This document shows positions 47,603-57,213 of a DNA stretch of 64,000 nt, piece after piece. Below the pieces are notes generated by a model. That model did no database searches. It saw only the letters and a program-made list of their open reading frames with translations, and was not told the DNA's origin. The position numbers were made by a program, and so were the translations under genes. This DNA is from Candidatus Entotheonellaceae bacterium (GTDB lineage: Bacteria > Tectomicrobia > Entotheonellia > Entotheonellales > Entotheonellaceae). The first letter of the stretch is position 1. Each line of letters begins with the position of its first letter. The stretch is taken from positions 3,072,001-3,136,000 of the forward strand of contig OZ250173.1 of NCBI GenBank assembly GCA_965238075.1. The letters run 5' to 3'.

Positions 47603-50305
47603 ATGGCAACCTCCACCACCGCGTACGACATGCAAGGGGGGCCACATTCCTTTGCACCGCTTTTGGATCGCGGTTTTGAGCGGCCGCAGTTTCTTCAAGG
47701 CTTGAAAACGTTGACCGCCGCCGCAAATGGGCGCATCCGTCAGGAGCACGATGCCGGGGCGCGGGGTCGGAATGTCGTGCGCCACCTTTCGGCCTTGGTT
47801 GATGATGTGGTGCGCACCGTTTTTCAGTACGTTGTCGGCCATCATTCCAGTCCGGCGGAACCCTGTGCGCTCTTAGCCTTGGGGGGGTATGGCCGGGGGG
47901 AGATGAACCCCTATTCGGACATCGATCTGATGTTCCTCTGCCACAAAACGGCGCCTGGAGATGTGGTGCGAGAAACACTCTATTTGCTTTGGGACGCCGG
48001 GTACACCCTGGGCCACAGCGTACGAACTCGGCGCGACGTGATCAAAATGGCCGATGCGGACCTGACCGCCCAGACGGCGATGCGCGAAGCCCGTTTCCTT
48101 GAAGGCGATTCCCAGTTGTATCGCTGGTTTGAAGAGGAAATTCACCACAAGCGTTTCAGCCCGCGCAGGCGGCGTAGTTTCATACAGCGCAAGATCGCGG
48201 AGTGTCGTGAGCGCCACGCGACCTTCTCCAATACTGTCAATGTGATGGAACCGAACGTCAAGGAGAGCCCAGGAGGGTTACGCGATTACCATACGGCGCG
48301 TTGGATTGCCGCGGCATTTTACCGTGCCGAAACGGCGGCGGACTTGGAGAGCGAAGGGCTGTTAACCCAAGAGGACCGGCAGGCGGTGGAAGCAGCGCTG
48401 GATTTTCTGTTCCGAGTTCGTAATGCGCTGCATTATCACTACGGTCGCAAGAACGACTTGCTGTCCGTAGACGTGCAGGAGACTCTGGCAGCCGCGTTGC
48501 AGTTTGAGGCTAGTGACGAGAAGCTGGCGGTCGAATATTTCCTCAAGGCTTATTACGTTCATGCCAATGTGATCGCCCATTTTTGTCAAACTGTCGTGGA
48601 AGCTGTGTCGCGCATGTATCGGCCGCGCCTCTGGTCGATGTTACACCGTACTCGGCGGGTCGGGGATGGCTTCGTTATTCGGGACGGTTACCTGGGTTAT
48701 GAAGCTGCGGCCCTTGATGAGGTTTTCACAACTCAGCCGGCGCTCATGATGCAGGTCTTTGTGAAAGCGTATGACTGCCGAGTACCAATGGAGCCAGTGC
48801 TGTCCCGCACCATCAAGGCTAAGGCCGGCCTGTTCGCGGATGAAACCACCCGGTGCTCATCTGAAGTGCGGGCAACCTTTTGGCACATCTTGTCCCAGCC
48901 CCATTCAGCCTCCATTCTGCGTGCGCTGCACTGGCACGGCTTGCTGAACGCGTATATCCCGGAGTTTGCCCCCTTGACCTGTTTGCCGTCATACGATCTG
49001 CATCATTGTTATACGGTCGACGAACACACGCTTCTCACGATTGAAAAGATCGAAAGCCTTGCAGAAACCACAGTGCCCATGCTACGTCCGTTGGCGCGGC
49101 TTTACGAAGAAACGTCCGACTCGGACAAGAAATTGTTGAAGCTGGCCTTGTTGTTGCACGATCTGGGTAAGGATGTCGGGCCGGGCAAAGCCTCGCACGT
49201 GCATCGCAGTGGCGAGCTTGCCGAAGAGGCGTGTGAACGATTTGAATTGCCGGCTGAGCAACGCCACGTCATCCAGGTGTTGGTTGTGCATCACTTGGCG
49301 ATGAATCGATTGGCTCAGCGGCGGGACATTGCCGATAAGAAGGTTATCGCGGAATGTGCCAGCCTTGTCGAGACGCCATCCAATCTGCGGCAACTTTACC
49401 TACTGACATTTGCGGATACATCTGCGGTGGGGCCTGACGTGTGGACCGTCTGGAAGGGTACCCTATTGGCGGAACTTTACCACCGCACCCACGACTACCT
49501 TGTTCAGCAACGGCCGGTCATCGCACCGTCCAATGACGAACTCCGCAGCCGCGCCCGTGTGGGCCTGATGGCGGCCCTGAATGGCCAGGGGAGCCCTGCC
49601 GAAGTCGACTATTTCCTCGCCTCCATGCCGGCCAGGTACCTGATGGCCACGGCTCCCGGTCAGATGGCTATTCATCTGAGCATGGCGAAAAAATCCCGGC
49701 AATTGCCCGTTGTTCTGTATGCGGAACAGCACGCCTCGGCAGGGTTTAGCAGCGTAACGATCTGTGCCACGGAGAGACGTGGCATCTTTTCCCTGATAGC
49801 CGGGGTCTTGAGCCACAACAGACTCAATATCTTGGGCGCTGAAATTTATACCTCCCAGGACGATTTGGCCCTTGATATTCTGCATGTGGAGACGCTCGAT
49901 CAAAGAGCCGTGACGTCTCCGCAGGTGTGGCAGCGTGTCGAAGCGGCTTTGCGTGATGCTCTCGGCGATGTGCGTCACGTTGAGCAAGTTCCCTTGCCAG
50001 GACGGCGCCCCCTCAAGAGCCAGAAGTTCGACGTATTTGTGAAACCGCCGCATATTGTGATCAATAATAGTCACTCCGATACCCACACCATTCTCGAGTT
50101 GCAGGCTCAGGATAGCCTAGGGCTGCTTTATCGGCTCACGCGCGTCCTCTATGAACAGGATGTAGACATTGCGTTGGCAAAGATTTCTACAGAGGGAAAC
50201 AAAGCGATTGACGTTTTCTATGTGACGGATGCAGATGGGCGAAAGATCGTAGAGGAAACGGCGCTGGAATCCATACGACAGGCACTCTTGGCAGCGGCCG
50301 TTTGA
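47603..50305 (+). CDS. glnD: [Protein-PII] uridylyltransferase
   Basis: ALGGYGR..PYSDIDL, KESPGGLRD, HCYTVDEH, LLHDLGK (HD domain), two C-terminal ACT domains. Confidence 0.95.
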   Translation: MATSTTAYDMQGGPHSFAPLLDRGFERPQFLQGLKTLTAAANGRIRQEHDAGARGRNVVRHLSALVDDVVRTVFQYVVGHHSSPAEPCALLALGGYGRGEMNPYSDIDLMFLCHKTAPGDVVRETLYLLWDAGYTLGHSVRTRRDVIKMADADLTAQTAMREARFLEGDSQLYRWFEEEIHHKRFSPRRRRSFIQRKIAECRERHATFSNTVNVMEPNVKESPGGLRDYHTARWIAAAFYRAETAADLESEGLLTQEDRQAVEAALDFLFRVRNALHYHYGRKNDLLSVDVQETLAAALQFEASDEKLAVEYFLKAYYVHANVIAHFCQTVVEAVSRMYRPRLWSMLHRTRRVGDGFVIRDGYLGYEAAALDEVFTTQPALMMQVFVKAYDCRVPMEPVLSRTIKAKAGLFADETTRCSSEVRATFWHILSQPHSASILRALHWHGLLNAYIPEFAPLTCLPSYDLHHCYTVDEHTLLTIEKIESLAETTVPMLRPLARLYEETSDSDKKLLKLALLLHDLGKDVGPGKASHVHRSGELAEEACERFELPAEQRHVIQVLVVHHLAMNRLAQRRDIADKKVIAECASLVETPSNLRQLYLLTFADTSAVGPDVWTVWKGTLLAELYHRTHDYLVQQRPVIAPSNDELRSRARVGLMAALNGQGSPAEVDYFLASMPARYLMATAPGQMAIHLSMAKKSRQLPVVLYAEQHASAGFSSVTICATERRGIFSLIAGVLSHNRLNILGAEIYTSQDDLALDILHVETLDQRAVTSPQVWQRVEAALRDALGDVRHVEQVPLPGRRPLKSQKFDVFVKPPHIVINNSHSDTHTILELQAQDSLGLLYRLTRVLYEQDVDIALAKISTEGNKAIDVFYVTDADGRKIVEETALESIRQALLAAAV

Positions 50306-50342
50306 GGCGAATCGATACTGAGAGAAGACGTACGGCAGGGGC

Positions 50343-51350
50343 ATGGAACACATTCTTGAGTTGCCACGCGGGCGGGTGATTCCCCAGTTGTTCGGCATTC
50401 ACGATGCCAATTTGCGCTACATCGAGGAACATCTTTCCGTTGCGATCCGGGCGCATGAAAACATCGTAACCATTGCCGGAAGTGCCACCTCGGTTGAATT
50501 AGCAGCCAAGTTGCTGGAGGGGGCATATCGCTTGTTGGAGGCCGGTATTCGGCTCGATATCGCCGACCTGGGGTTTTTGACAAGCCTCATAGAAAATGGC
50601 GAGGAATTGAATCCCGGCACCATACGGTCTGAGCGTATCGCGATTCCGGGCAAGAAAGGTTTTGTGAGTCCGAAAAGCCTTGGACAGCGACGATATATTC
50701 AGGCCATACGACGTCACGATATCGTGGTGGGTATCGGCCCGGCGGGAACCGGAAAAACCTACCTCGCCATGGCGATGGCTGTGGCGGAGCTGGAGCAAAA
50801 GAGGTGCAGTCGCATCATTCTTGCGCGTCCGGCGGTGGAGGCCGGCGAGCGACTCGGATTTCTTCCCGGTGACCTACTGGATAAGGTGAACCCCTACCTG
50901 CGACCTCTCTACGATGCCCTGTATGATATGGTGGAATTCGACGAGGCCCAGCGTCTCATCGAACGGGGGGCCATTGAGGTCGCTCCGCTGGCGTTCATGC
51001 GCGGCCGCACACTCAATGACTCCTTCATCATCCTCGATGAGGCCCAAAACGCCACGAGCGAACAGATGAAAATGTTCCTGACGCGGCTGGGCTTTTATTC
51101 CAAAGCCGTCATCACCGGTGACATCACGCAGGTGGATCTGCCCAATCGCAAGGAATCGGGCCTGATCCAGATTCAGCGAATTCTGCATGGCATCGACGGG
51201 ATTGATTTCGTCTATTTTTCCGAGCGCGACGTGGTGCGTCATCCCCTTGTGCAAGAGATTATCAAGGCTTATGACCGCTACGGTAACGGGGCGGAGAAAA
51301 CGGCCGAGGAGCCGGGGGAGGAAACGTCGGGCTCCGTTTCGGACCGCTGA
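50343..51350 (+). CDS. phoH: PhoH family ATPase
   Basis: GPAGTGKT, RPAVEAGERLGFLPGD, MRGRT, DEAQN, VVRHPLV. Confidence 0.95.
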   Translation: MEHILELPRGRVIPQLFGIHDANLRYIEEHLSVAIRAHENIVTIAGSATSVELAAKLLEGAYRLLEAGIRLDIADLGFLTSLIENGEELNPGTIRSERIAIPGKKGFVSPKSLGQRRYIQAIRRHDIVVGIGPAGTGKTYLAMAMAVAELEQKRCSRIILARPAVEAGERLGFLPGDLLDKVNPYLRPLYDALYDMVEFDEAQRLIERGAIEVAPLAFMRGRTLNDSFIILDEAQNATSEQMKMFLTRLGFYSKAVITGDITQVDLPNRKESGLIQIQRILHGIDGIDFVYFSERDVVRHPLVQEIIKAYDRYGNGAEKTAEEPGEETSGSVSDR

Positions 51351-51356
51351 CGCGTT

Positions 51357-51824
51357 ATGGCCATATGGATCAACAATCGCCAGCGGCGCGTGGCACTCAA
51401 TACGCCGTTTGTGAAGAAACAAGCCCTGCGGATGATGGCCTACCTTGGGTGCAGCGAAAACGAGCTCAGCGTGGTCTTCGTGCATGACGAGCGCATGCGG
51501 TCGTTGAATCGCGCTTACCGCTGCAAGGACCGTCCCACCAACGTGCTGGCTTTTCCACAATGCCCAAGCTATGAAGGCGAGCCCCAGACCCTTTTGCTAG
51601 GGGATGTCGTGATTTCGCTGCCGACTGCGGCGCGTGAGGCCTTCGAACTCGGCCAGACGCTTGAGGAACGCGTCGTGTTTCTTCTTGCCCATGGCCTGCT
51701 TCACCTATTGGGCTATGACCATGAGCGGTCCGCTGCCCAACGTCGCCGGATGGAATGTCGCGAACAAGATATTTTCTCGCACCTGAAGGGACAGCCGGCA
51801 TCAACAGAGCGCTGTCAGCCCTGA
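51357..51824 (+). CDS. ybeY: rRNA maturation endoribonuclease YbeY
   Basis: LNRAYR.KDRPTNVLAF, LGDVVIS, HGLLHLLGYDH. Confidence 0.96.
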   Translation: MAIWINNRQRRVALNTPFVKKQALRMMAYLGCSENELSVVFVHDERMRSLNRAYRCKDRPTNVLAFPQCPSYEGEPQTLLLGDVVISLPTAAREAFELGQTLEERVVFLLAHGLLHLLGYDHERSAAQRRRMECREQDIFSHLKGQPASTERCQP

Positions 51825-51847
51825 CCCTGATCAGGACACACCATGTC

Positions 51848-54535
51848 ATGAACACATCAGGTTCAAGCCATCCGCCTCATAGCACTGTTGCCAATCCTCA
51901 ACTCACGCCCATGATGGAGCAGTATGCGAATTTGAAGGCCAAGGCCGGCGACGCGCTGCTCTTTTTTCGCATGGGAGATTTTTACGAGTTGTTTCACGAT
52001 GATGCCATCATCGCCGCCAAAGCCCTCAACATCACGCTGACATCGCGCCAGAAACACCAGGATGATCCGATACCCATGTGCGGGGTTCCTTACCACAGTG
52101 CTGAAGGGTATGTGGAACGCTTGTTGCAGCAGGGATTGAAAGTCGCCATTGCCGAACAGATTGAAGACCCCAGACATGCCGAAGGCTTGGTGAAGCGGGA
52201 CATTATTCGCATCGTCACGCCGGGAACTATCGTCAGCGCGAACTCACTGGAGCCCAAGGTCCACAACTTCCTGGCCTGCATCGCAATTACAACCGACGGG
52301 GCCGGGTTCGCATTTGTCGATGTGTCCACCGGTACCTTCGCGGTCACAACATGGACGTCCGAAGGCCCTTGGCAGCAGGCGCTCAGAGGTGAATATGAGC
52401 GCCTGCAACCGCGGGAAGTCCTCATCCCGAAGCCCCTTGCGATACCTGTCGATATCGTCGAACGCCCTGCAGATCATTTCCCCAACACGCTCCAACCGTG
52501 GGATTCCCAGCATTTCCGCGTAGACCGAGCCTACCGCCGCTTAACGCAGCACTTCTCCGTGCGCTCACTGGAGAGTTTTGGATGTGAAGAACAACCACTC
52601 GCCATTGCGGCGGCCGGTGCCTTGTTGGCCTATGCGTATGAGACGCAGCAAAAAAACATGGTGCACGTACATGGGCTGAATTATTACAACACGGGCGATT
52701 ACATGGTGCTTGACAAGACCACGAGACAAAACTTGGACTTGTTGCCGTCGCCCGCCACACAGGGACGCAATGGGTCCCTCTTGGAAGTCATTGATACCAC
52801 GGTTACGGCCATGGGGGGACGCCTCCTACGCGAGTGGCTGTCGCAGCCCCTGTGTCGGTTGGAGCCCCTCCAAGAGCGACAGGATGCGGTTGCGAACATC
52901 GTCGAGCAATCCGATAGGAGGGCGCGCCTGCGTGACGCTCTGGGAGCCATCGCCGATCTTGAGCGGCTTATGGGTCGGCTGTCGCTCGGCACGGTTAACC
53001 CACGCGAACTCGTGGCCTTGCGCCGCTCTATTGAGGGACTTCCGGGTATTGAAAAGGCGTTGCAGGGTGCCGATAGCGCGCTTCTGACCGGTTTCGGGTC
53101 ACAATGGGACTCTCTGGCCGATCTGGCCGTTCTGATCAAGGAGGCGCTTGTTGATGATCCCCCGGCGACTTTGCGGGACGGGTGGGTCATACGTTCGGAT
53201 TCCTGTCAGGAATTGAAAACGCTTCGGGAGGAGAGCACGTCGGGCAAGAATTGGCTGAGTGAATTGGAAGCACAAGAGCGCGAACGAACGGGCATTTCTT
53301 CACTGCGGGTCGGATTCAACAAGGTGTTCGGGTATTACATCGAGGTGCGCAAGACGTATCTGAACCAGGTGCCGGACAATTACGTGCGCAAACAAACCCT
53401 GGTGAACGCCGAACGTTTCATCGTACCGGTGCTGAAAGACCGTGAAGTACAGATGTTGCGGGCGGCGGAAGAGGCCATCAGTCTGGAGCACCAACTCTAC
53501 GATGCTCTGGTGAAACAACTGGTAGACAACGCCGGACGCTTGCAGCAGATGGCGCGGATTGTGGGCCAGATCGATGTCATTGCTGCACTGGCCCACACGG
53601 CAACGATTCGACGGTATTGTCGCCCGACGCTTGATATGGGTGATGAATTGGCGATTGCGGACGGCCGTCACCCGGTTCTGGAGGTCGTATACCAGGAAGA
53701 GCGTTTCGTGCCGAATGACACCCTGCTAGACCGGGAGGATCAACAGATTCTGCTGCTGACGGGTCCGAACATGGCAGGGAAATCGACGTACATGCGTCAA
53801 GTGGCGCTCAATGTCGTGCTGGGCCAAATCGGCAGTTACGTGCCGGCGCGCAGGGCTCACATCGGCCTGGTTGACCGGATATTTACCCGTGTGGGGGCGC
53901 AGGACGTATTGTCAAAAGGGCAGAGCACCTTCATGGTGGAAATGACCGAAACTGCCAATATCCTGCACAATCTCACGGCTCGGAGTCTCATCTTGCTGGA
54001 TGAAATTGGCAGGGGTACCAGCACCTATGATGGTATGAGCATCGCGTGGGCCGTCATTGAATACATCCACAACCATCGGGGCCTGCGTCCGCGAGCGCTT
54101 TTCGCCACGCATTATCATGAATTGACGAATCTGGCTGAGTGGCTTTCACGGTTGCATAATTTCAACGCTTTGGTTCAGGAGGAGGGGGAACAGATCGTTT
54201 TTCTGCGACACATCGTACCGGGAAGCGCTGATCGCAGCTATGGCATTCAGGTTGCGCGGTTGGCGGGACTTCCGACTTCCGTTGTGTGCCGGGCGAACCA
54301 ATTATTGACACGCCTCGAATCGAGATCAGCCTCTAGCGAATCCGCAGGGGACCACGCCCGCCCTCAGTCCGCCGCTATTCCCGCCCAACAGCCCTATCGA
54401 CAACCTACGCTCTTTGATGATCTTTCGACGCAGTTGTTGGATGAACTGCGAACGACCGCCATAGATGAATTGTCACCGCTGGAAGCTTTGAACAAGTTGG
54501 CGGAGTATCAAGGCAGGGCTCGCCGCCTCCCATAG
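51848..54535 (+). CDS. mutS: DNA mismatch repair protein MutS
   Basis: TPMMEQY, FRMGDFYELF, TGPNMAGKSTYMRQ, STFMVEM, DEIGRGTST, SYGIQVA. Confidence 0.97.
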   Translation: MNTSGSSHPPHSTVANPQLTPMMEQYANLKAKAGDALLFFRMGDFYELFHDDAIIAAKALNITLTSRQKHQDDPIPMCGVPYHSAEGYVERLLQQGLKVAIAEQIEDPRHAEGLVKRDIIRIVTPGTIVSANSLEPKVHNFLACIAITTDGAGFAFVDVSTGTFAVTTWTSEGPWQQALRGEYERLQPREVLIPKPLAIPVDIVERPADHFPNTLQPWDSQHFRVDRAYRRLTQHFSVRSLESFGCEEQPLAIAAAGALLAYAYETQQKNMVHVHGLNYYNTGDYMVLDKTTRQNLDLLPSPATQGRNGSLLEVIDTTVTAMGGRLLREWLSQPLCRLEPLQERQDAVANIVEQSDRRARLRDALGAIADLERLMGRLSLGTVNPRELVALRRSIEGLPGIEKALQGADSALLTGFGSQWDSLADLAVLIKEALVDDPPATLRDGWVIRSDSCQELKTLREESTSGKNWLSELEAQERERTGISSLRVGFNKVFGYYIEVRKTYLNQVPDNYVRKQTLVNAERFIVPVLKDREVQMLRAAEEAISLEHQLYDALVKQLVDNAGRLQQMARIVGQIDVIAALAHTATIRRYCRPTLDMGDELAIADGRHPVLEVVYQEERFVPNDTLLDREDQQILLLTGPNMAGKSTYMRQVALNVVLGQIGSYVPARRAHIGLVDRIFTRVGAQDVLSKGQSTFMVEMTETANILHNLTARSLILLDEIGRGTSTYDGMSIAWAVIEYIHNHRGLRPRALFATHYHELTNLAEWLSRLHNFNALVQEEGEQIVFLRHIVPGSADRSYGIQVARLAGLPTSVVCRANQLLTRLESRSASSESAGDHARPQSAAIPAQQPYRQPTLFDDLSTQLLDELRTTAIDELSPLEALNKLAEYQGRARRLP

Positions 54536-54648
54536 GCGAGGATGCATAAGGACTTATTGGCTTGCCTTTTCCTCGGTGTCCGTTTAGTGTGTGCGCGCAA
54601 TGTTTCATAACGGCATCGAATTCCTGCCTTTACATCTCCCTGTAATCT

Positions 54649-55035
54649 ATGTCTCTTAGACGACAGAACCAAGGATCAAACGAGGCTTTGTTTTGGTCAC
54701 TGCTTGCGAGGGCGCGGGTTATGCGCTTGGTCAGGTGTGGGCTATTGGTTTTGGTTCTCGGGGTAGGAGTAGAACTCTATGTGCCTCTTGGTGGTGAAGC
54801 TTCTACCTTCCGCTGGCACGATTTTTCCATCACACTGCCTCTCACCGCATTGATTGCCCGGATCGGATTAGGACTCGTAGGTGGGATGGCTTTGGACGAG
54901 CGCCGCAGAGTTGTCGAATGGTGGGAAATGACCGAGGAGTTCCTGCATGGCATAAGGGACGTTTTGAATTCGCTTCAACTGTCGCCTCGTATTGAACTGC
55001 CTATAGGCTCAACGAGGGCAGGGGACCTTTCATGA
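54649..55035 (+). CDS. Small two-TM membrane protein with degenerate HisKA H-box-like segment
   Basis: Two hydrophobic segments followed by FLHGIRDVLNSL; ends 10 nt before the REC-LpxC gene. Confidence 0.5.
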   Translation: MSLRRQNQGSNEALFWSLLARARVMRLVRCGLLVLVLGVGVELYVPLGGEASTFRWHDFSITLPLTALIARIGLGLVGGMALDERRRVVEWWEMTEEFLHGIRDVLNSLQLSPRIELPIGSTRAGDLS

Positions 55036-55045
55036 GGCGAGTCGA

Positions 55046-56344
55046 ATGACGGAAAGCATACACATGGGAATACGTCGCGTCTTAATTGTTGATGACGACG
55101 CAAGCCTGTCGAGGGCATTAGCTGGCGCACTTAAGGAAGAGGGCTTTCAGGCAATTTGCAGCGTCGATGGACAGGAGGCTCTGAGGCTTGTCCACAGTTT
55201 CCGCCCGGACGTGATGCTCCTTGACATCTGGCTGCCCGGCATGAACGGTATCGAAATCCTGCAAGCTTTGCAGAGCACGGATGTCGCATGTCCAGTCATC
55301 ATGTTGTCAGGCTACGGCACGATTGCCATGGCCGTGAAGGCGATTCAACTTGGAGCTTTCGATTACATTGAAAAGCCTTGTTCGCTCGATAGGCTGGTGG
55401 ATAGCATTAGACAAGCCTGTCCTCCGCGCGATGTCGCAGTCATTTCCCAGTCGTCTTCCGCAACCTCTTCGCTATCGATGGGTCATACCCGTTCAGGCTC
55501 ACCATTTGCGGTTCACCATCCCCAGCGCACGCTGCGCTGCAGTGTGGTTGGATACGGACTGGGACTGCAATCCGGTGTTAAGACGGGCATTATTCTTGAG
55601 CCGATGCCGACCGACAGCGGCATTGTCTTCAGGAACGTTGCAACAGGTGAAACGTTACCGGCCGCTATTGATTTCGTTACGTCCACCAACTTTTGTACGA
55701 CGTTGCATCGAAAAGGTGTCACGGTCAGAACAATCGAGCATCTCATGTCGGCCTTGCACGCTTATGGCATTACCAATTTACTGGTCCAAGTTGGCGACGA
55801 AGTGCCCATTATGGACGGCTCAGCCACCTCCTTCTGTCAGCTTATCGAAGAGGGCGGCGTCGTCGAGCAGGGGGGTGAACTGGAAGAATTCGTTGTGGAC
55901 CGCTGTTATCACGTGGGCCAAATCGACCCGGCGTCCAAATTCATTCTGGTCGAGCCTTACGATGGATTTAAGGTCTCCTACCGCTTGCATTACCCTCAGC
56001 CGTTAGGCATTCAAGAGTTCACGTATGAGCACCGGAATGGGGCGAGTTATCGCTTTGAGATTGCCCCAGCGCGCACCTTTGCGTTTGTGCGTGAGGTGGA
56101 AAAGATGCACGACATGGGACTAATCGCCGGCGGGCGCCTGAATAATGTCATTTTACTGGGCGATGAAAAAATCGTAAATAACGTACAGTTGCGGTTTCCT
56201 GATGAATGTGTTCGGCATAAGGTACTCGACCTCATTGGAGATTTGTACCTGCTTGGCAAAAGTTTGCGCGGGCACGTGCGGGCGAATATGACCGGGCACA
56301 CCGAAAATGTGGCTCTGGTGAAACAGCTTTCCGACGCCCTGTGA
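55046..56344 (+). CDS. lpxC: Response-regulator receiver domain fused to UDP-3-O-acyl-GlcNAc deacetylase
   Basis: REC: VLIVDDD, LLDIWLPGMNG, MLSGYG, DYIEKP. LpxC: QRTL, TIEHLMSAL, EVPIMDGS, ARTF, RHKVLDLIGDL, GH. Confidence 0.93.
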   Translation: MTESIHMGIRRVLIVDDDASLSRALAGALKEEGFQAICSVDGQEALRLVHSFRPDVMLLDIWLPGMNGIEILQALQSTDVACPVIMLSGYGTIAMAVKAIQLGAFDYIEKPCSLDRLVDSIRQACPPRDVAVISQSSSATSSLSMGHTRSGSPFAVHHPQRTLRCSVVGYGLGLQSGVKTGIILEPMPTDSGIVFRNVATGETLPAAIDFVTSTNFCTTLHRKGVTVRTIEHLMSALHAYGITNLLVQVGDEVPIMDGSATSFCQLIEEGGVVEQGGELEEFVVDRCYHVGQIDPASKFILVEPYDGFKVSYRLHYPQPLGIQEFTYEHRNGASYRFEIAPARTFAFVREVEKMHDMGLIAGGRLNNVILLGDEKIVNNVQLRFPDECVRHKVLDLIGDLYLLGKSLRGHVRANMTGHTENVALVKQLSDAL

Positions 56345-56353
56345 GTTGTTGCG

Positions 56354-57094
56354 GTGACCGCTGGAGGAGAGTGCCATTTGAAGGTAAGGTGCAGCGATTG
56401 GCGACGTAAACAGATCAGGCAGCTGCGTCTACCGATCAGTTGTCTATTGGCCGTGTTCATCGGCATGGTGGGGTTCATCGGAGACAGCAGGGGCCTGGAA
56501 CTTGGTACGTTGATTGACAGAATCCAGGTCGCTTATGACCGCATGCAAGCCTTGACCGCTGACTTTCAGCAAGTTGCAACCCTCACATCGATCAACCGGC
56601 AACAGTTTTCGTCAGGCCGTCTGTATATTGAGAAACCTCACTGGATTCGTTGGGAATATGACAACCCGGAAAAACAGACCATCCTTTATAACGGTTCGGC
56701 CTTGCGCATTTACACGCCCAAGCGGCGGCAACTCTTGCAAAGTGTCATCGATGAGAGCACCCGTTCCAGTGTCGCCCTTCTATTTCTTGCCGGAGTCGTT
56801 AAGCTCCGCGATGTTTTCGCCATAACGGCCCTGCCCGAAACCGAGACAGGGCAGATGCTGATCCGCTTATTGCCACGTTCGCGTTTGGCTGGTTTCACTG
56901 AGTTGCGTGCGGCGATTAACCCGCGGAGTTACTTTATAGAAGGTCTGTGGATACATGACCCGATTGGGAACTTTACGGAAATCCGTCTTTCAACGCTCAC
57001 CGTTCACGCAACTTTACCTGCACATACCTTTGAGCTTGATTTGCCTCCAGATACAGAAATACTCAGCCCCAGCGACTTCGCAACCCCCCAGTAA
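56354..57094 (+). CDS. lolA: Outer-membrane lipoprotein carrier protein LolA-like (start uncertain)
   Basis: Signal-like segment, LTADFQQ, SGRLYIEKP..RWEY..P, F.L..PP. Confidence 0.8.
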   Translation: MTAGGECHLKVRCSDWRRKQIRQLRLPISCLLAVFIGMVGFIGDSRGLELGTLIDRIQVAYDRMQALTADFQQVATLTSINRQQFSSGRLYIEKPHWIRWEYDNPEKQTILYNGSALRIYTPKRRQLLQSVIDESTRSSVALLFLAGVVKLRDVFAITALPETETGQMLIRLLPRSRLAGFTELRAAINPRSYFIEGLWIHDPIGNFTEIRLSTLTVHATLPAHTFELDLPPDTEILSPSDFATPQ

Positions 57095-57213
57095 TGGATG
57101 AGCGTCCAGCTTCGGCGGATTTGTCGAGATAAGTCCATCCGAACGGACAGACCTTGGCATGGCAGGACGCGGCGCGAAAATTGACCGCGGGGTTTTTGTA
57201 AAGGGACAACACG

